Source of the DNA: Alphaproteobacteria bacterium
GTDB taxonomy: Bacteria; Pseudomonadota; Alphaproteobacteria; Micropepsales; Micropepsaceae
Assembly: GCA_009693985.1 (NCBI GenBank)
Contig: SHWE01000004.1
Location: 586 to 64,585 of the forward strand
Direction of reading: 5' to 3'
DNA: 64,000 nt
Notes under the pieces: model-generated
Seen by the model: the letters and a program-made list of their open reading frames with translations, nothing else
What the model was told of the DNA's origin: nothing
The model's database searches: none
Part shown: positions 11,499 to 21,756 of the stretch, in pieces
Numbering within the stretch: the first letter of the stretch is position 1
How the letters are laid out: each line of letters opens with the position of its first letter
Program-made: the position numbers and the translations under genes

Positions 11499-12884
11499 TT
11501 ATTTCCGGAAGCCGGGCGGCAAACCACCGCCCATACCGCCAAGCATCGAGGGATTCATGCCGCCCATCATGCCCTGCATGGCACGGCCGCCTTTGCCCAT
11601 CTTCTTCATGACGTCGGACATTTGACGCTGCATTTTCAGTATTTTATTGACGTCGGCGACATCGACGCCGGCGCCCGCGGCGATGCGTTTCCTGCGCTGG
11701 CCGTTGATGAGGTCGGGCTTGAGGCGCTCTTGCTTGGTCATCGATCCGATGATCGCCTCCTGGCGTTTCAGCACGCGGTCGTCGAGGCCGGCCGCCGCGA
11801 GCTGGTCCTTGACCTTGCCGACGCCAGGCAGCATCGCGAGCAGGCCCTGCATCCCGCCCATCTTGCGCATCTGGGACAATTGGTCGGCGAGATCGTTGAA
11901 ATCGAGCTCGCCCTTTTTCATCTTCTTGGCGATCGCTTCGGCCTTCTCGCGATCGACGTTTTCGACGGCCTTCTCGACGAGGCTGACGACGTCGCCCATG
12001 TCGAGGATGCGCCCCGCCACGCGCGCCGGATGGAAGGCTTCGAGCGCGTCGAGCTTTTCGCCGGTGCCGAGGAATTTGATCGGCGCGCCCGTCACGCTGC
12101 GCATAGAGAGCGCCGCGCCGCCGCGCTGGTCGCCGTCCGAGCGCGTCAGGATGATGCCGGAGATCTGCACCCGCTCGTTGAAGCTTTTCGCGATGTTGAC
12201 CGCGTCTTGGCCGGTCAGCGAGTCGGCGACGAGAATGGTCTCGTGCGGATTGGTCAGCCGCTTGATTTCGGCAACCTCCGCCATCAGCGCTTCATCGACA
12301 TGCTGGCGGCCGGCGGTGTCGAGGATCAGCACGTCGTAACCACCGACACGGGCGGCGGCGAGCGCGCGCCTGGCGATATCGGTCGGACGCTGGCCGAGAA
12401 TGATGGGAAGCGTCGGCGTGTTCGTCTGTTCGCCGAGTACTTTCAATTGTTCCATAGCGGCGGGACGGTTGACGTCCAGCGACGCCATCAGCACACGCTT
12501 CTTTTCTTTCGTCTGCAAAAGAAGGGCGAGCTTGGCCGACGTCGTCGTCTTGCCCGAGCCCTGCAAGCCCACCATCAGGATGGGCGCGGGCGGCGCGCCC
12601 AGCGACAGGCCTTCGGATTCGACGCCCAGCGTCTCGACCAAAGTGTCATAGACGATCTTGACGACCTGCTGGCCCGGTGTGACCGAGCGGATGACATCCT
12701 CGCCGACCGCCTTCTCGCGGACGGCTGCGATGAAGTCCTTGACGACGGGCAGCGCGACATCGGCATCGATCAATGCGGTGCGGATTTCGGCGAGGCCCTC
12801 ATCGACATCGGCAGCCGACAGCGCGCCGCGGCCGCGCAAGCGGTCGAACACGGAACCCAGTCGCTTCTGCAAACCGTCGAACAT
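11499..12884 (-). CDS. ffh: signal recognition particle protein Ffh
   Basis: MFDGLQKRL start with [22 protein letters not shown] and a Met-rich M domain ([15 protein letters not shown]). Confidence 0.97.
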   Translation of the reverse strand: MFDGLQKRLGSVFDRLRGRGALSAADVDEGLAEIRTALIDADVALPVVKDFIAAVREKAVGEDVIRSVTPGQQVVKIVYDTLVETLGVESEGLSLGAPPAPILMVGLQGSGKTTTSAKLALLLQTKEKKRVLMASLDVNRPAAMEQLKVLGEQTNTPTLPIILGQRPTDIARRALAAARVGGYDVLILDTAGRQHVDEALMAEVAEIKRLTNPHETILVADSLTGQDAVNIAKSFNERVQISGIILTRSDGDQRGGAALSMRSVTGAPIKFLGTGEKLDALEAFHPARVAGRILDMGDVVSLVEKAVENVDREKAEAIAKKMKKGELDFNDLADQLSQMRKMGGMQGLLAMLPGVGKVKDQLAAAGLDDRVLKRQEAIIGSMTKQERLKPDLINGQRRKRIAAGAGVDVADVNKILKMQRQMSDVMKKMGKGGRAMQGMMGGMNPSMLGGMGGGLPPGFRK

Positions 12885-13047
12885 CCGTACCCTCAAACGC
12901 CGAACGCCGAACGCCCCAGGGGGCGCACCCGCGCTGCCTGGGGTCGATCCTGAGCCGAGCCCAGGACCGGAAAGGACAAGCCTTCCGGATGGCGAGGGTT
13001 TAATTGCCGCGCTAGGCTAAGTCAACTTTCCGCATGGGACGAGCTAG

Positions 13048-13410
13048 ATGGAAGCTGGCCGCTTCAAACTGAGAACTGCCGTGCGGCGACCTAGCTGGTG
13101 GATCGTTGTTCCAATTGCAGTAGCTCTGTTGGCCTTTTACCAAGGGCCATTATGGTGGCTCATTGCTGAAAGCCGTTTCGGCGGAGGCATGGTTCCAACT
13201 AGCGATACCGTGACTCTTTCGATCTGGCTTGGTTGGTTGTGGATTGGAACATTCGTTACTGCTCTGTATTTTTGGCGATGGCGGGCATTGTGGTTATTGC
13301 TTGCGGCACCATTCGCTTTGTATTGGCCAGCAATGTGGATTTTCGTAGCTCACGCTTGCGATCTACTAGGTCGCTGCGGTTCATTTATGGGGCTCATAAA
13401 CAAACTGTAA
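13048..13410 (+). CDS. hypothetical tryptophan-rich small membrane protein
   Basis: 120-aa ORF with three hydrophobic helices and 12 Trp residues. Its composition is lower G+C, with A/T-ending codons unlike the neighbours. I recognise no family. Confidence 0.55.
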   Translation: MEAGRFKLRTAVRRPSWWIVVPIAVALLAFYQGPLWWLIAESRFGGGMVPTSDTVTLSIWLGWLWIGTFVTALYFWRWRALWLLLAAPFALYWPAMWIFVAHACDLLGRCGSFMGLINKL

Positions 13411-13444
13411 CAGTGCCCAACTTTGCAGCCTGAGGAGGAGCGCC

Positions 13445-13852
13445 ATGAGTACCGCAAAAGGAAGCTGTCTCTGTAATTCCGTGACTTACGAGGTCGAGGT
13501 GCCGTTCGAGCGCTTCATGTATTGCCATTGCCAGCGCTGCCGCAAAGCCACAGGCAGCCCGCACGCCTCCAACGGCTTCGTCAAACGGGACAAGTTCCGC
13601 TGGCTCACCGGCGAAAATCTGGTGCGGCGCTACGATCTGCCGGAAGCCAAGCGCTTCGCGTTGCAGAACTGTTCGAATTGCGGATCGAAACTGCCGCACC
13701 ACACGCGCGACGGCTCGATGATGGTGATCCCGACCGGAACTTTGGACGAGGATCCCGGCTCGCGGCCGCAGGCGATCGTGTTCTGGGGCAGCCGCGCGCC
13801 CTGGTTCACCGATTGCTCCGAGATGACGAAGCACGAAGAGATGCCGGGGTAA
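13445..13852 (+). CDS. GFA (glutathione-dependent formaldehyde-activating / CENP-V) family protein
   Basis: Strong SD GAGGAGG. Cys pattern GSCLC...YCHCQRCRKATG...CSNCGS is typical of the GFA zinc sites. Confidence 0.88.
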   Translation: MSTAKGSCLCNSVTYEVEVPFERFMYCHCQRCRKATGSPHASNGFVKRDKFRWLTGENLVRRYDLPEAKRFALQNCSNCGSKLPHHTRDGSMMVIPTGTLDEDPGSRPQAIVFWGSRAPWFTDCSEMTKHEEMPG

Positions 13853-14115
13853 CGCGGCCCACAATTGTCATTCCCGATCTCGATTCAAGGGGAGCGTAAC
13901 GCCGCGCTCCTTTGCGCGCATACCCCCTCCCCCTTGTTTCGCTATTGTCGCACTGCGATAAGCCAAGCAATGCAGCGTTAAAACGACTCCGCGGCCGAGC
14001 GAATTGCGGTGCATTACGTGCAATTTCGCCCCATTCAGCGTTGCGCTCCTCCACCTCATATTGCTCCGTCGTTCATTGAAGCAGATATGGGGATGCGCGC
14101 GCCTATGACAACGTA

Positions 14116-16227
14116 TTAGCGCGGCAGGCCGAGCTTCTGCGCCAGGTACACGTAAGTCAGCGCGTTCATTTCCGCCTGCTGCGCGTGATTGGCCGCCGCC
14201 GCATGGCCACCTTCGGTGTTTTCGTAGAACAACACTTTGTGGCCTTGCGCTTCCATCTTGGCCGCCATCTTCCTCGCATGCACAGGCGTCACGCGGTCGT
14301 CCGACGTCGCGGTGACGAAGAAGATCGGCGGATAGGAGACGCCCGCTTTCACATTCTGATAGGGCGAATAGGAAAGGATCACGGCGCGCTCGGCCGGATT
14401 TTCCGGATTGCCATATTCGCCCACCCATGACGCGCCGGCGCCCAATTTCGGAAAGCGGATCATGTCGAGCAGCGGCACCTGACAGACGACGGCGCCGAAC
14501 AGATCGGGCCGCTGCACCGCGACCGCGCCGACCAAGAGGCCGCCATTGGAGCCGCCCATGATGCCGAGCTGTTTCGGCGTCGTCAGGCCGCGCGCCACCA
14601 TGTCTTCGCCGACCGCGATGAAATCGTCATAGGCTTTCTGGCGGTTTGTTTTAAGCGCCGCCTCATGCCAGGCGGGACCGAATTCGCCGCCGCCGCGGAT
14701 ATTGGCGACCGCATAGGCGCCGCCGCGCGGCAGCCAGAGCTTGCCGACGCTCGACCAATAGAACGGGGTCTGCGAAATCTCGAAGCCGCCATAGCCATAG
14801 AGGATCGCCGGCTGCGGGCCGCTCGCGTCCCTGGCGCGCACGAAGAAATAGGGAATCTTGGTGCCGTCTTTCGATGTCGCCTCGTATTGGACACTGACAT
14901 AGGGGCTGGCGTCGAAGCGGGCCGGCAATGATTTCAGCGCCGCCGCGCCCGTCTCTCCCCGCAACGCGTAGACAGTATTGGGCGCAAGGAACCCCTGATG
15001 GGAGAAATAGGCTTCCGGCCCGAACGGGTTGGTCGAGACGATATCGGCCGAGCCGCCGGCGGGGAGATCGAGCTTGGTATCCGACCAGGCGCCGGCCGCA
15101 TCGCGTTTGAACGCGTGGACGCTGCCCGTCACATTCTGAAAAATCGCGACATAGACGGCGTCGCGCCCAGCGGACACGTCTTCGACCATCGCGCGCGGGC
15201 CCGGCGCATAAAGCAACCCGACACGCGGAAACGTGCGCGTGGCGAGGAATTCCTTCAGCGGAAACGCGATCAGCGCGCCTTGGGGCAACGCCGGCTGGCC
15301 GTCCGGCGTCCAGGCCTTGCGCAAGGTCGCGATCAGCTGACCTCCGATCATACCCTTCGCATCGAAGCCGAGCGGCAGAGGCAATTTCAGCGCCGTCCCC
15401 TCCGGCGTCACCGCGAAATATTCGTGCTCGAAGAAACTGACGGAGCGCAGGACAAGTGGCGTCGATCCGCTCGTTTCCTGAAACACGCCGGGCGACACCA
15501 CCACGTCTTCGGCACGGCCCTCGAACACGGTCTTGGCCGCTTCCACCCGCTCGCCCCGCCGCCACATTTTCACGATGCGCGGATAGCCCGATTGCGTCAG
15601 CGTGCCCGGCCCGAAATCGGTGCTGAAGAGGATCGTGTTGGCATCGATATAGGCCGCTTCCGCCTTGGCCTCGCCGAGGCTAAAGCCGCCGTCGAGAAAG
15701 CGCTTCGCAGGCAGATCGAATTCGCGCAGCACCACCGTGTCGCCGCCGCCGGGCGACAGCGCGATCAGGCAGCCCGTCAAATCGGGCGAGCAGCTCGCCC
15801 GTTTGTAGACCCAATTCTTGTTCTCGGCGGCCGCCAGCGCATCGACATCGAGGATGGTTTCCCAGTTCGGCGACGCCGTTTCATAGGAGGCAATACTCGT
15901 CCGGCGCCAGATGCCGCGGGGATTGGCCTTGTCCTGCCAGAAATTGAACACCACATCGCCATGCAGGCGTCCCGCCGGAATGCGGTCGGTGGCGTCCAAT
16001 ATGGTGAGCAGCGTGTCGTAATTGGTCTGATAGGCGGGATCGCTCTTGAGCTCTTTCAGGCTCGCGGCGTTCTTCTCGTTCACCCAGGCAAGCGCGGTGG
16101 CGCCATGCGTGTCTTCGAGCCAGAGAAAGGGATCGTCCATGTCGGCTCCGAAGCTTGTGCCGGCCAAAAGCGCGAGTGCCAATGCCGCTCCGGTCCATTT
16201 GGCCATGGGCCATTTGCAAAAATTCAT
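14116..16227 (-). CDS. prolyl oligopeptidase (S9) family serine peptidase, secreted
   Basis: DPFLWLED N-terminus, a beta-propeller region, and catalytic GGSNGGLL with C-terminal D and H (EGGHAAA). Signal peptide present. Start uncertain among 16206, 16227 and 16233. Confidence 0.9.
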   Translation of the reverse strand: MNFCKWPMAKWTGAALALALLAGTSFGADMDDPFLWLEDTHGATALAWVNEKNAASLKELKSDPAYQTNYDTLLTILDATDRIPAGRLHGDVVFNFWQDKANPRGIWRRTSIASYETASPNWETILDVDALAAAENKNWVYKRASCSPDLTGCLIALSPGGGDTVVLREFDLPAKRFLDGGFSLGEAKAEAAYIDANTILFSTDFGPGTLTQSGYPRIVKMWRRGERVEAAKTVFEGRAEDVVVSPGVFQETSGSTPLVLRSVSFFEHEYFAVTPEGTALKLPLPLGFDAKGMIGGQLIATLRKAWTPDGQPALPQGALIAFPLKEFLATRTFPRVGLLYAPGPRAMVEDVSAGRDAVYVAIFQNVTGSVHAFKRDAAGAWSDTKLDLPAGGSADIVSTNPFGPEAYFSHQGFLAPNTVYALRGETGAAALKSLPARFDASPYVSVQYEATSKDGTKIPYFFVRARDASGPQPAILYGYGGFEISQTPFYWSSVGKLWLPRGGAYAVANIRGGGEFGPAWHEAALKTNRQKAYDDFIAVGEDMVARGLTTPKQLGIMGGSNGGLLVGAVAVQRPDLFGAVVCQVPLLDMIRFPKLGAGASWVGEYGNPENPAERAVILSYSPYQNVKAGVSYPPIFFVTATSDDRVTPVHARKMAAKMEAQGHKVLFYENTEGGHAAAANHAQQAEMNALTYVYLAQKLGLPR

Positions 16228-16348
16228 CGGCAAAGTCTTTCACCAATCGGCAAGCGCATAATGTGTGCCGAAATTGCCTAAGACAATGGCAAGCCTGACC
16301 CCATATGGGTCCTCTGGCATCGGGCGCGCGAGGTGCCTATAAACAATC

Positions 16349-17200
16349 ATGACCGCGTTCCTGAAAATGCACGGGCTGGGCAATGATTTCGCCATTTTCG
16401 ATGCGCGGATCTTTCCCATCCCCATGGATTCGGCGACCGCGCGGGCCGTCGCCGACAGACGGCACGGCATCGGTTGCGATCAGGTGATCGTGATGGAGCC
16501 GGCCAAGAACGGCGCCGCCGCTTTCATGCGGATTTTCAACGCCGATGGCGGCGAAGTGGACGCCTGCGGCAATGCCGCGCGCTGCGTCGCCTATGTGCTG
16601 ATGGCGGAGCGCGAGACCGATCATCTTCAACTCGCCACCGCCGGCGGGCCGCTGAGCTGCAGCGGCAACGGCCCCGATGCGGTCACCATCGACATGGGCG
16701 CGCCCCGGCTCGATTGGCGCGAAATCCCGATGGCGCAGGCGGTCGATACGCTGTCCTTCGCGCTTTCCGTGACGGGCTTCGACGACGAGGCGCTTCAGTC
16801 CGCATCCGCCGTGTCGGTCGGCAATCCCCATTGCGTGCTGTTCGTGAAGGACGCGGAGAACGCGCCCGTCGCGACTTTGGGCCGTGCGATCGAGACGCAT
16901 CCCTGGTTCCCGGCGCGCACCAATGTCGAATTTGTCGAACGGCGCGACGCCAACACTTTGCGTATGCGCGTGTGGGAGCGCGGCGCCGGAATCACGCGCG
17001 CTTGCGGCACGGGCGCCTGCGCCGCCGCGGTGGCCGCGTCGTTGCGCGGGCTCGTGGGCCGCGAGGTCGACGTCGCGCTTGACGGCGGCACGCTGCACAT
17101 CCATTGGCGCGAGAGCGACGATCATGTGTTGATGACGGGCCCGGTGGGCTTTTCCTTCGGCGGCGAGGTCAGCCTGCCCGCTCTTTTGGCGCAAACATGA
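16349..17200 (+). CDS. dapF: diaminopimelate epimerase
   Basis: KMHGLGNDFAIFD, GNAARC, VSVGNPHCV and ACGTGACA motifs. Confidence 0.96.
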   Translation: MTAFLKMHGLGNDFAIFDARIFPIPMDSATARAVADRRHGIGCDQVIVMEPAKNGAAAFMRIFNADGGEVDACGNAARCVAYVLMAERETDHLQLATAGGPLSCSGNGPDAVTIDMGAPRLDWREIPMAQAVDTLSFALSVTGFDDEALQSASAVSVGNPHCVLFVKDAENAPVATLGRAIETHPWFPARTNVEFVERRDANTLRMRVWERGAGITRACGTGACAAAVAASLRGLVGREVDVALDGGTLHIHWRESDDHVLMTGPVGFSFGGEVSLPALLAQT

Positions 17201-18504
17201 GCGAGCTCGAGATCGTCACCTTCGGCTGCCGGCTCAACGCCTATGAATCGGAAGGCATAAGGGCGCGCGCGACGGAAGCCGGGCTCGACAACGCCATCAT
17301 CGTCAACACCTGCGCGGTGACCGCCGAAGCGGTGCGCCAATCGCGTCAGGAAATAAGGCGCCTGCGGCGTGAAAAGCCCAAGGCCCAGATCATCGTGACG
17401 GGATGCGCGGCGCAGATCGAACCCGAGACCTATGCCGCCATGCCGGAAGTCGACCGTGTGCTCGGCAATACCGAAAAATTATCCGCCACCAGCTACGCCA
17501 GCGATTTTCTTGCCAACGCCCCGCGCGTGATCGTCAACGACATCATGGCGGTCAGGGAAACCGCGGCGCAATTCGTCGACTCGTTCGAAGGCAAGGCCCG
17601 CGCCGTGCTGCAAGTGCAGAATGGCTGCGATCACCGCTGCACCTTCTGCATCATTCCCTATGGACGGGGAAATTCGCGCAGCGTGGGCGTCGGCGCGGTG
17701 GTCGATGAGGCGCGCCGTCTGGTGCAGGCGGGCTTCAACGAGATCGTGCTGTCGGGCGTGGACTTGACCGCCTATGGCGCGGACCTTCCCGGCAAGCCCA
17801 CGCTCGGCACGCTGATCGCCCGCATCCTGAAGCATGTGCCGGAACTGAAGCGCTTGCGGCTGTCCTCGATCGATTCCATCGAGATGGATAGAGGCTTTTT
17901 TGAATTGCTCGCCGGAGAGGAGCGGCTGATGCCGCATTTCCATCTCTCGGTGCAATCGGGCGACAATCTCACGCTCAAGCGCATGAAGCGCCGCCACTCC
18001 CGCGAGGACACGCTTCAATTCTGCGAAACGGTGCGCCGCCTTCGCCCCGAAGCTGCGTTCGGCGCCGATCTGATCGCCGGATTCCCGACGGAAAACGACG
18101 CGATGTTCGCGAGCACGCTTGCCCTCGTCGAGGACGCGGGGCTTTCTTATCTTCATGTCTTCCCGTTCAGCGCCCGCAAGAACACGCCGGCCGCCCGTAT
18201 GCCGCAGCTTCCGCGCAACATTGTGAAAGAGCGTGCGAAGACCTTGCGCGAGGCAGGGGACGCGGCATTGCAACGCCGTCTCCAATCGCTGACCGGCAGC
18301 ACGCAGGACATCCTTGTCGAGAAGCCCAGCGTCGGGCGCTTGCCCGGGCTCGGCCGCACGCCCTGTTTCGCCAATGTCCACTTCAGCGGCGCCGGCCAAG
18401 CGGGAGATGTCGTACGCGCGCGCATCGAGGGTGCGGAGGCGCGCAATCTGGTGGGCCAGATCATGTCCGATGTCGCGCTTGAGAGAGTCCCGGCGACCGC
18501 ATGA
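17197..18504 (+). CDS. mtaB: MiaB-like radical-SAM tRNA methylthiotransferase (MtaB type)
   Basis: ATGA overlap with the dapF stop. FGCRLNAYESE, radical-SAM CDHRCTFCIIP and a TRAM-like C-terminus. Confidence 0.9.
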   Translation: MSELEIVTFGCRLNAYESEGIRARATEAGLDNAIIVNTCAVTAEAVRQSRQEIRRLRREKPKAQIIVTGCAAQIEPETYAAMPEVDRVLGNTEKLSATSYASDFLANAPRVIVNDIMAVRETAAQFVDSFEGKARAVLQVQNGCDHRCTFCIIPYGRGNSRSVGVGAVVDEARRLVQAGFNEIVLSGVDLTAYGADLPGKPTLGTLIARILKHVPELKRLRLSSIDSIEMDRGFFELLAGEERLMPHFHLSVQSGDNLTLKRMKRRHSREDTLQFCETVRRLRPEAAFGADLIAGFPTENDAMFASTLALVEDAGLSYLHVFPFSARKNTPAARMPQLPRNIVKERAKTLREAGDAALQRRLQSLTGSTQDILVEKPSVGRLPGLGRTPCFANVHFSGAGQAGDVVRARIEGAEARNLVGQIMSDVALERVPATA

Positions 18505-19442
18505 GCGAAAATGGCGGGATCGGCTGGCCTGGGACATTCGCCCGGCTGAAGGCGGGGCTTTCGCGCACGGCCGCCACGCTGACCGGCGGTCTGACGTCGC
18601 TCCTGACCAAGAAGCGGCTCGATCCCGAGACCGTGCAGGGGCTCGAGGACGCGCTGGTCCGCGCCGATGTGGGCGCCAAGCTCGCCCATCAACTTGCGGG
18701 TGAAGTTGCACAGGGGCGGTACGATTCGGAAATATCCGAAGGTGAAATCCGGGGCCTCCTTGCGGGCGCCATCGGCAAGATTCTGATGCCGGCGGCAAGG
18801 CCCTTCATTCCCGATTCCAGCAAAAAGCCCTTCGTGGTCTTGATCGCGGGCGTCAACGGCACCGGGAAGACCACCACGATCGGGAAACTCGCAGGCAGGC
18901 TCAAAGCGGATGGCAAAAGCGTGATGATCGCGGCCTGCGACACGTTTCGTGCCGCCGCCATCGATCAGCTCAAGATCTGGGGGATGCGAGCCGGCGTGCC
19001 CATTATCGCGCGCGGCCCCGGCGCCGACGCCGCGGGCCTTGCCTTCGACGCGCTGAAAGAGGCGCGCGAAGCGGGTGCCGATGTTCTCCTCATCGACACC
19101 GCGGGACGCTTGCAGAACAAAGCGGGCCTGATGGCGGAACTCCAGAAGCTCGCCCGCGTCGTGAAGAAGCTGGATGCGGACGCGCCCCATGCGGCCATCC
19201 TGGTGCTCGACGCCACCACCGGGCAGAACGCGATTGCCCAGGTCGAGGCGTTCAGGGACGCCGTCCCGCTGACGGGTCTGATTATGACAAAGCTCGACGG
19301 CACGGCGAAGGGCGGCATCCTGGTGGCGCTGGCGCACCGTTTCGGCCTGCCTATCCACTTCATCGGCGTCGGCGAGGGAATCCAAGACCTGCAGACCTTC
19401 GATGCGCGGGCCTTCGCACATGCGCTGACGGGCGCCGAATGA
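18501..19442 (+). CDS. ftsY: signal recognition particle receptor FtsY
   Basis: ATGA overlap with the mtaB stop. GVNGTGKTTTIGKLA, DTAGRL and TKLDGTAKGG. Confidence 0.96.
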   Translation: MSENGGIGWPGTFARLKAGLSRTAATLTGGLTSLLTKKRLDPETVQGLEDALVRADVGAKLAHQLAGEVAQGRYDSEISEGEIRGLLAGAIGKILMPAARPFIPDSSKKPFVVLIAGVNGTGKTTTIGKLAGRLKADGKSVMIAACDTFRAAAIDQLKIWGMRAGVPIIARGPGADAAGLAFDALKEAREAGADVLLIDTAGRLQNKAGLMAELQKLARVVKKLDADAPHAAILVLDATTGQNAIAQVEAFRDAVPLTGLIMTKLDGTAKGGILVALAHRFGLPIHFIGVGEGIQDLQTFDARAFAHALTGAE

Positions 19443-19482
19443 GGGAGTGGAAAGCGCAAACCCGAGAGCCTATGTTCGGGTC

Positions 19483-20043
19483 ATGTCTCCCTTTCTGAAA
19501 CTCGGGCTCGACCTCGGACCGCTGCTGATCTTTTTCGCGGCCAATACGGTCGCCGGCATCTTCACGGCGACGGCCGTGTTCATGGTCGCGATATTTATTT
19601 CGCTCGGGATCGGCTTCGCCGTCGAAAGAAAATTTTCACCCATTGCAATCCTCACGGGCGTGCTGGTCCTCGTCTTTGGTGGATTAACCCTCTCTTTCTC
19701 CAACGAGATTTTCATAAAAATCAAACCGACCATTCTCTACACGATGTTTGCTGCCGTCCTGACGGGCGGATTGTTGTTCAACCGGCTGTTCATCAAATTC
19801 GTCCTGGCGCAAAGCTTGCGTCTTCCCGACGAGGCATGGCGCGTGCTCACCTGGCGCTGGTCGTTGTTTTTCCTCGCGCTTGCTATCGCGAACGAATTCG
19901 TGTGGCGCAACAGCTCGACGGATATGTGGGTCGCGTTCAAGGTCTGGGGCGTTTTCCCGCTGACCATCGTGTTCGCACTTGCGCAAACGCCGCTCCTCGC
20001 GCGTCATCAGATCGAAAGCGACGAGACCCCACCCGCGATGTGA
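19483..20043 (+). CDS. yciB: inner-membrane (septation) protein A, YciB/IspZ family
   Basis: MSPFLKLGLDLGPLLIFFAAN start and five TM helices typical of YciB. The track ORF starts 36 nt upstream at a GTG without spacing to an SD. Confidence 0.85.
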   Translation: MSPFLKLGLDLGPLLIFFAANTVAGIFTATAVFMVAIFISLGIGFAVERKFSPIAILTGVLVLVFGGLTLSFSNEIFIKIKPTILYTMFAAVLTGGLLFNRLFIKFVLAQSLRLPDEAWRVLTWRWSLFFLALAIANEFVWRNSSTDMWVAFKVWGVFPLTIVFALAQTPLLARHQIESDETPPAM

Positions 20044-20272
20044 GTTACGCGGAACTGTGCGCGATCCCGCAGACGAATTTCCGATATGTCCGCGCGGTTC
20101 CATCGCCACCGGATGTGCTGCCTATTGTCGCGGCGGCCGGCTCGCGGCGGCATCACTTTCAAAGATTCGTCGATTCACCCGTTGCGTCCGCAAACAAGAT
20201 GGCTAATGTAAAGGTAGTCCGACGGGTACGGACGATCTGAAATAAATCTCAATAAGGCCGGGGGACGAGGGG

Positions 20273-20779
20273 ATGGCTTCGAAAGGTCCGAAGACGGCCG
20301 ACGGCTTTGACCTCACCCAAGCACCATCGCATTTGCTCCGCCGCTGCGTGCAATACGCGAACGATCTTTTTTCGCGCGAGACGGGTGCAAGCGATCTCAC
20401 CAAGCAGCAATTCGTCGTGCTCGCCGCGGTCGAACAGAACGAAGGCATGAGCCAGACCGATCTCGTCACCATCACGGGGATCGATCGCTCCACGCTCGCC
20501 GAAATGATCCGCCGCATGATCGAGAAGGGATTGCTCGACCGCGAACGCACCGAATCCGATCAGCGCGCCAATGCGGTCAGGATCGCGCCCGGCGGACGCA
20601 AGGCGCTCCGTGGCGCGCGATCCGCGAGCGATCGGGTGGAGCGGGCGCTGCTGGCGGGTCTGCCCGCGGCCGACCGCGCGCGACTCGTGAAGATGCTCTC
20701 CGCCGTCGTCGCCCAGGCCGAAGCCGAAGAGGCTGCGCCCAAGGCCGACCGCCGCCGCAAGATCAAGCGGGCGCGCTAG
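20273..20779 (+). CDS. MarR family transcriptional regulator
   Basis: Winged-HTH region LTKQQFVVLAAVEQNEGMSQTDLVTITGIDRSTLAEMIRRM...GLL.R.R...D.R. SD GGGGGACGAGGGG. Confidence 0.88.
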   Translation: MASKGPKTADGFDLTQAPSHLLRRCVQYANDLFSRETGASDLTKQQFVVLAAVEQNEGMSQTDLVTITGIDRSTLAEMIRRMIEKGLLDRERTESDQRANAVRIAPGGRKALRGARSASDRVERALLAGLPAADRARLVKMLSAVVAQAEAEEAAPKADRRRKIKRAR

Positions 20780-20813
20780 TTTTTCTCGCAATGCGTGTAC
20801 GGAAACGCGCCGC

Positions 20814-21005
20814 TCAAACGGTGATGTCGACCTGTGTGCCGGGCCGCAATATGGGGCCCTGAGCAGGCGCGGCCTGTCGGGTCTTGGCGAAAGCCAGCGG
20901 CTCGAAGCCCGCCGCCTCGGTGGGCTTGGCCTGGGGCTGCATAGGCGCCCTGGCGCGCGCGGCAGCCTGGGCGGCGATCATCAGATGGGGAGCGGTGATT
21001 TGCAT
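20814..21005 (-). CDS. small hypothetical protein (Ala/Pro/Gln-rich)
   Basis: GC3-rich 63-73 codon ORF between marR and ccmG. No recognisable motif, and the SD is weak. Confidence 0.3.
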   Translation of the reverse strand: MQITAPHLMIAAQAAARARAPMQPQAKPTEAAGFEPLAFAKTRQAAPAQGPILRPGTQVDITV

Positions 21006-21055
21006 AAGCCCACCATGGCAAAACATGGTGAGCAAATCCTAAACGTCCGGGCTTT

Positions 21056-21577
21056 CTATTTCAGCGCCGGCAGGATCAGGCGGTTCATCACCTCTTCGGT
21101 CACCGGCCCGGCAAAATGGACGCGGATGACGCCCGCGCTGTCCACCACAAAGGTCTCGGGCACGCCGGTCACGCCCCAATCGATGGCGACGCGCCCTTCC
21201 GCATCGCGATTGATCTTGTCGAACGGATTGCCGAGCTCGGTGAGAAATTTCCGCGCGTCCTCGGCGTTGTCTTTGTAGTCCACGCCGTAGAGCGTGACGC
21301 CTTCGCGCATCGCCAAGGCTTCGAGATTGGGATGCTCGATACGGCAGGGCGCGCACCACGAGGCCCAGTAATTGATGATGATGGGTTTGCCCTGTCCCAA
21401 TTCGGCGCGGGTGAAGCCTTCGGCTTCCTCATCGAGTTTGGGAAGCGTGATTTCCGGCGCCGTCTTGCCCACCAGGGGTGAGGGCAGCACGGTCGGCGCC
21501 AGGAACAGGCCGCTATAGAACAGCCCGGTAAGAGCGACGAACGCGATAATCGGAATGAGGAAGAAAAGCCGTTTCAT
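21056..21577 (-). CDS. ccmG: thiol:disulfide oxidoreductase CcmG/DsbE (cytochrome c maturation)
   Basis: N-terminal anchor MKRLFFLIPIIAFVAL. WASWCAPCRIEHP thioredoxin motif and GVTGVPETFVVD. Start overlaps the ccmD stop (ATGA). Confidence 0.93.
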   Translation of the reverse strand: MKRLFFLIPIIAFVALTGLFYSGLFLAPTVLPSPLVGKTAPEITLPKLDEEAEGFTRAELGQGKPIIINYWASWCAPCRIEHPNLEALAMREGVTLYGVDYKDNAEDARKFLTELGNPFDKINRDAEGRVAIDWGVTGVPETFVVDSAGVIRVHFAGPVTEEVMNRLILPALK

Positions 21578-21756
21578 CGCATCTCTCCTTCTTCCCGCTC
21601 GGACTCTTCCTCCAGCTGGCGCACCGCCTTCTTGGCGCTCCGGTGGGCCTTGAGCGAGACAATCGTCGCCGCGATGAGCACGATCGCGCTCATCGCATAA
21701 GACGGCCAAATATAAACGCCATACCCGCCCATGGCGAGAAAATCCGCCATGGTCAT
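21574..21756 (-). CDS. ccmD: heme exporter protein CcmD
   Basis: 60 aa. GGYGVYIWPSYAMSAIVL is a single TM typical of CcmD. ATGA overlaps on both sides (ccmC, ccmG). Confidence 0.85.
   Translation of the reverse strand: MTMADFLAMGGYGVYIWPSYAMSAIVLIAATIVSLKAHRSAKKAVRQLEEESEREEGEMR

Noticed and set aside
12897-12960. Short tandem cgaacgc-cgaacgc and a CCCCAGG...CCTGGGG hairpin upstream of ffh, considered as a repeat array or ncRNA.
   Set aside because: There are only two 7-nt units and one modest hairpin. This is far below any CRISPR or tandem-repeat criterion, and no known RNA motif was recognisable by eye.
11622-16281. Plus-strand ORFs 11622-12953 (443 aa) and 14998-16281 (427 aa), and similar ones opposite dapF, mtaB, ftsY, acnA, phbAB and ccmI.
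   Set aside because: Same shadow-ORF pattern opposite ffh, the prolyl oligopeptidase gene and the others. No SD or start context and no recognisable domains.
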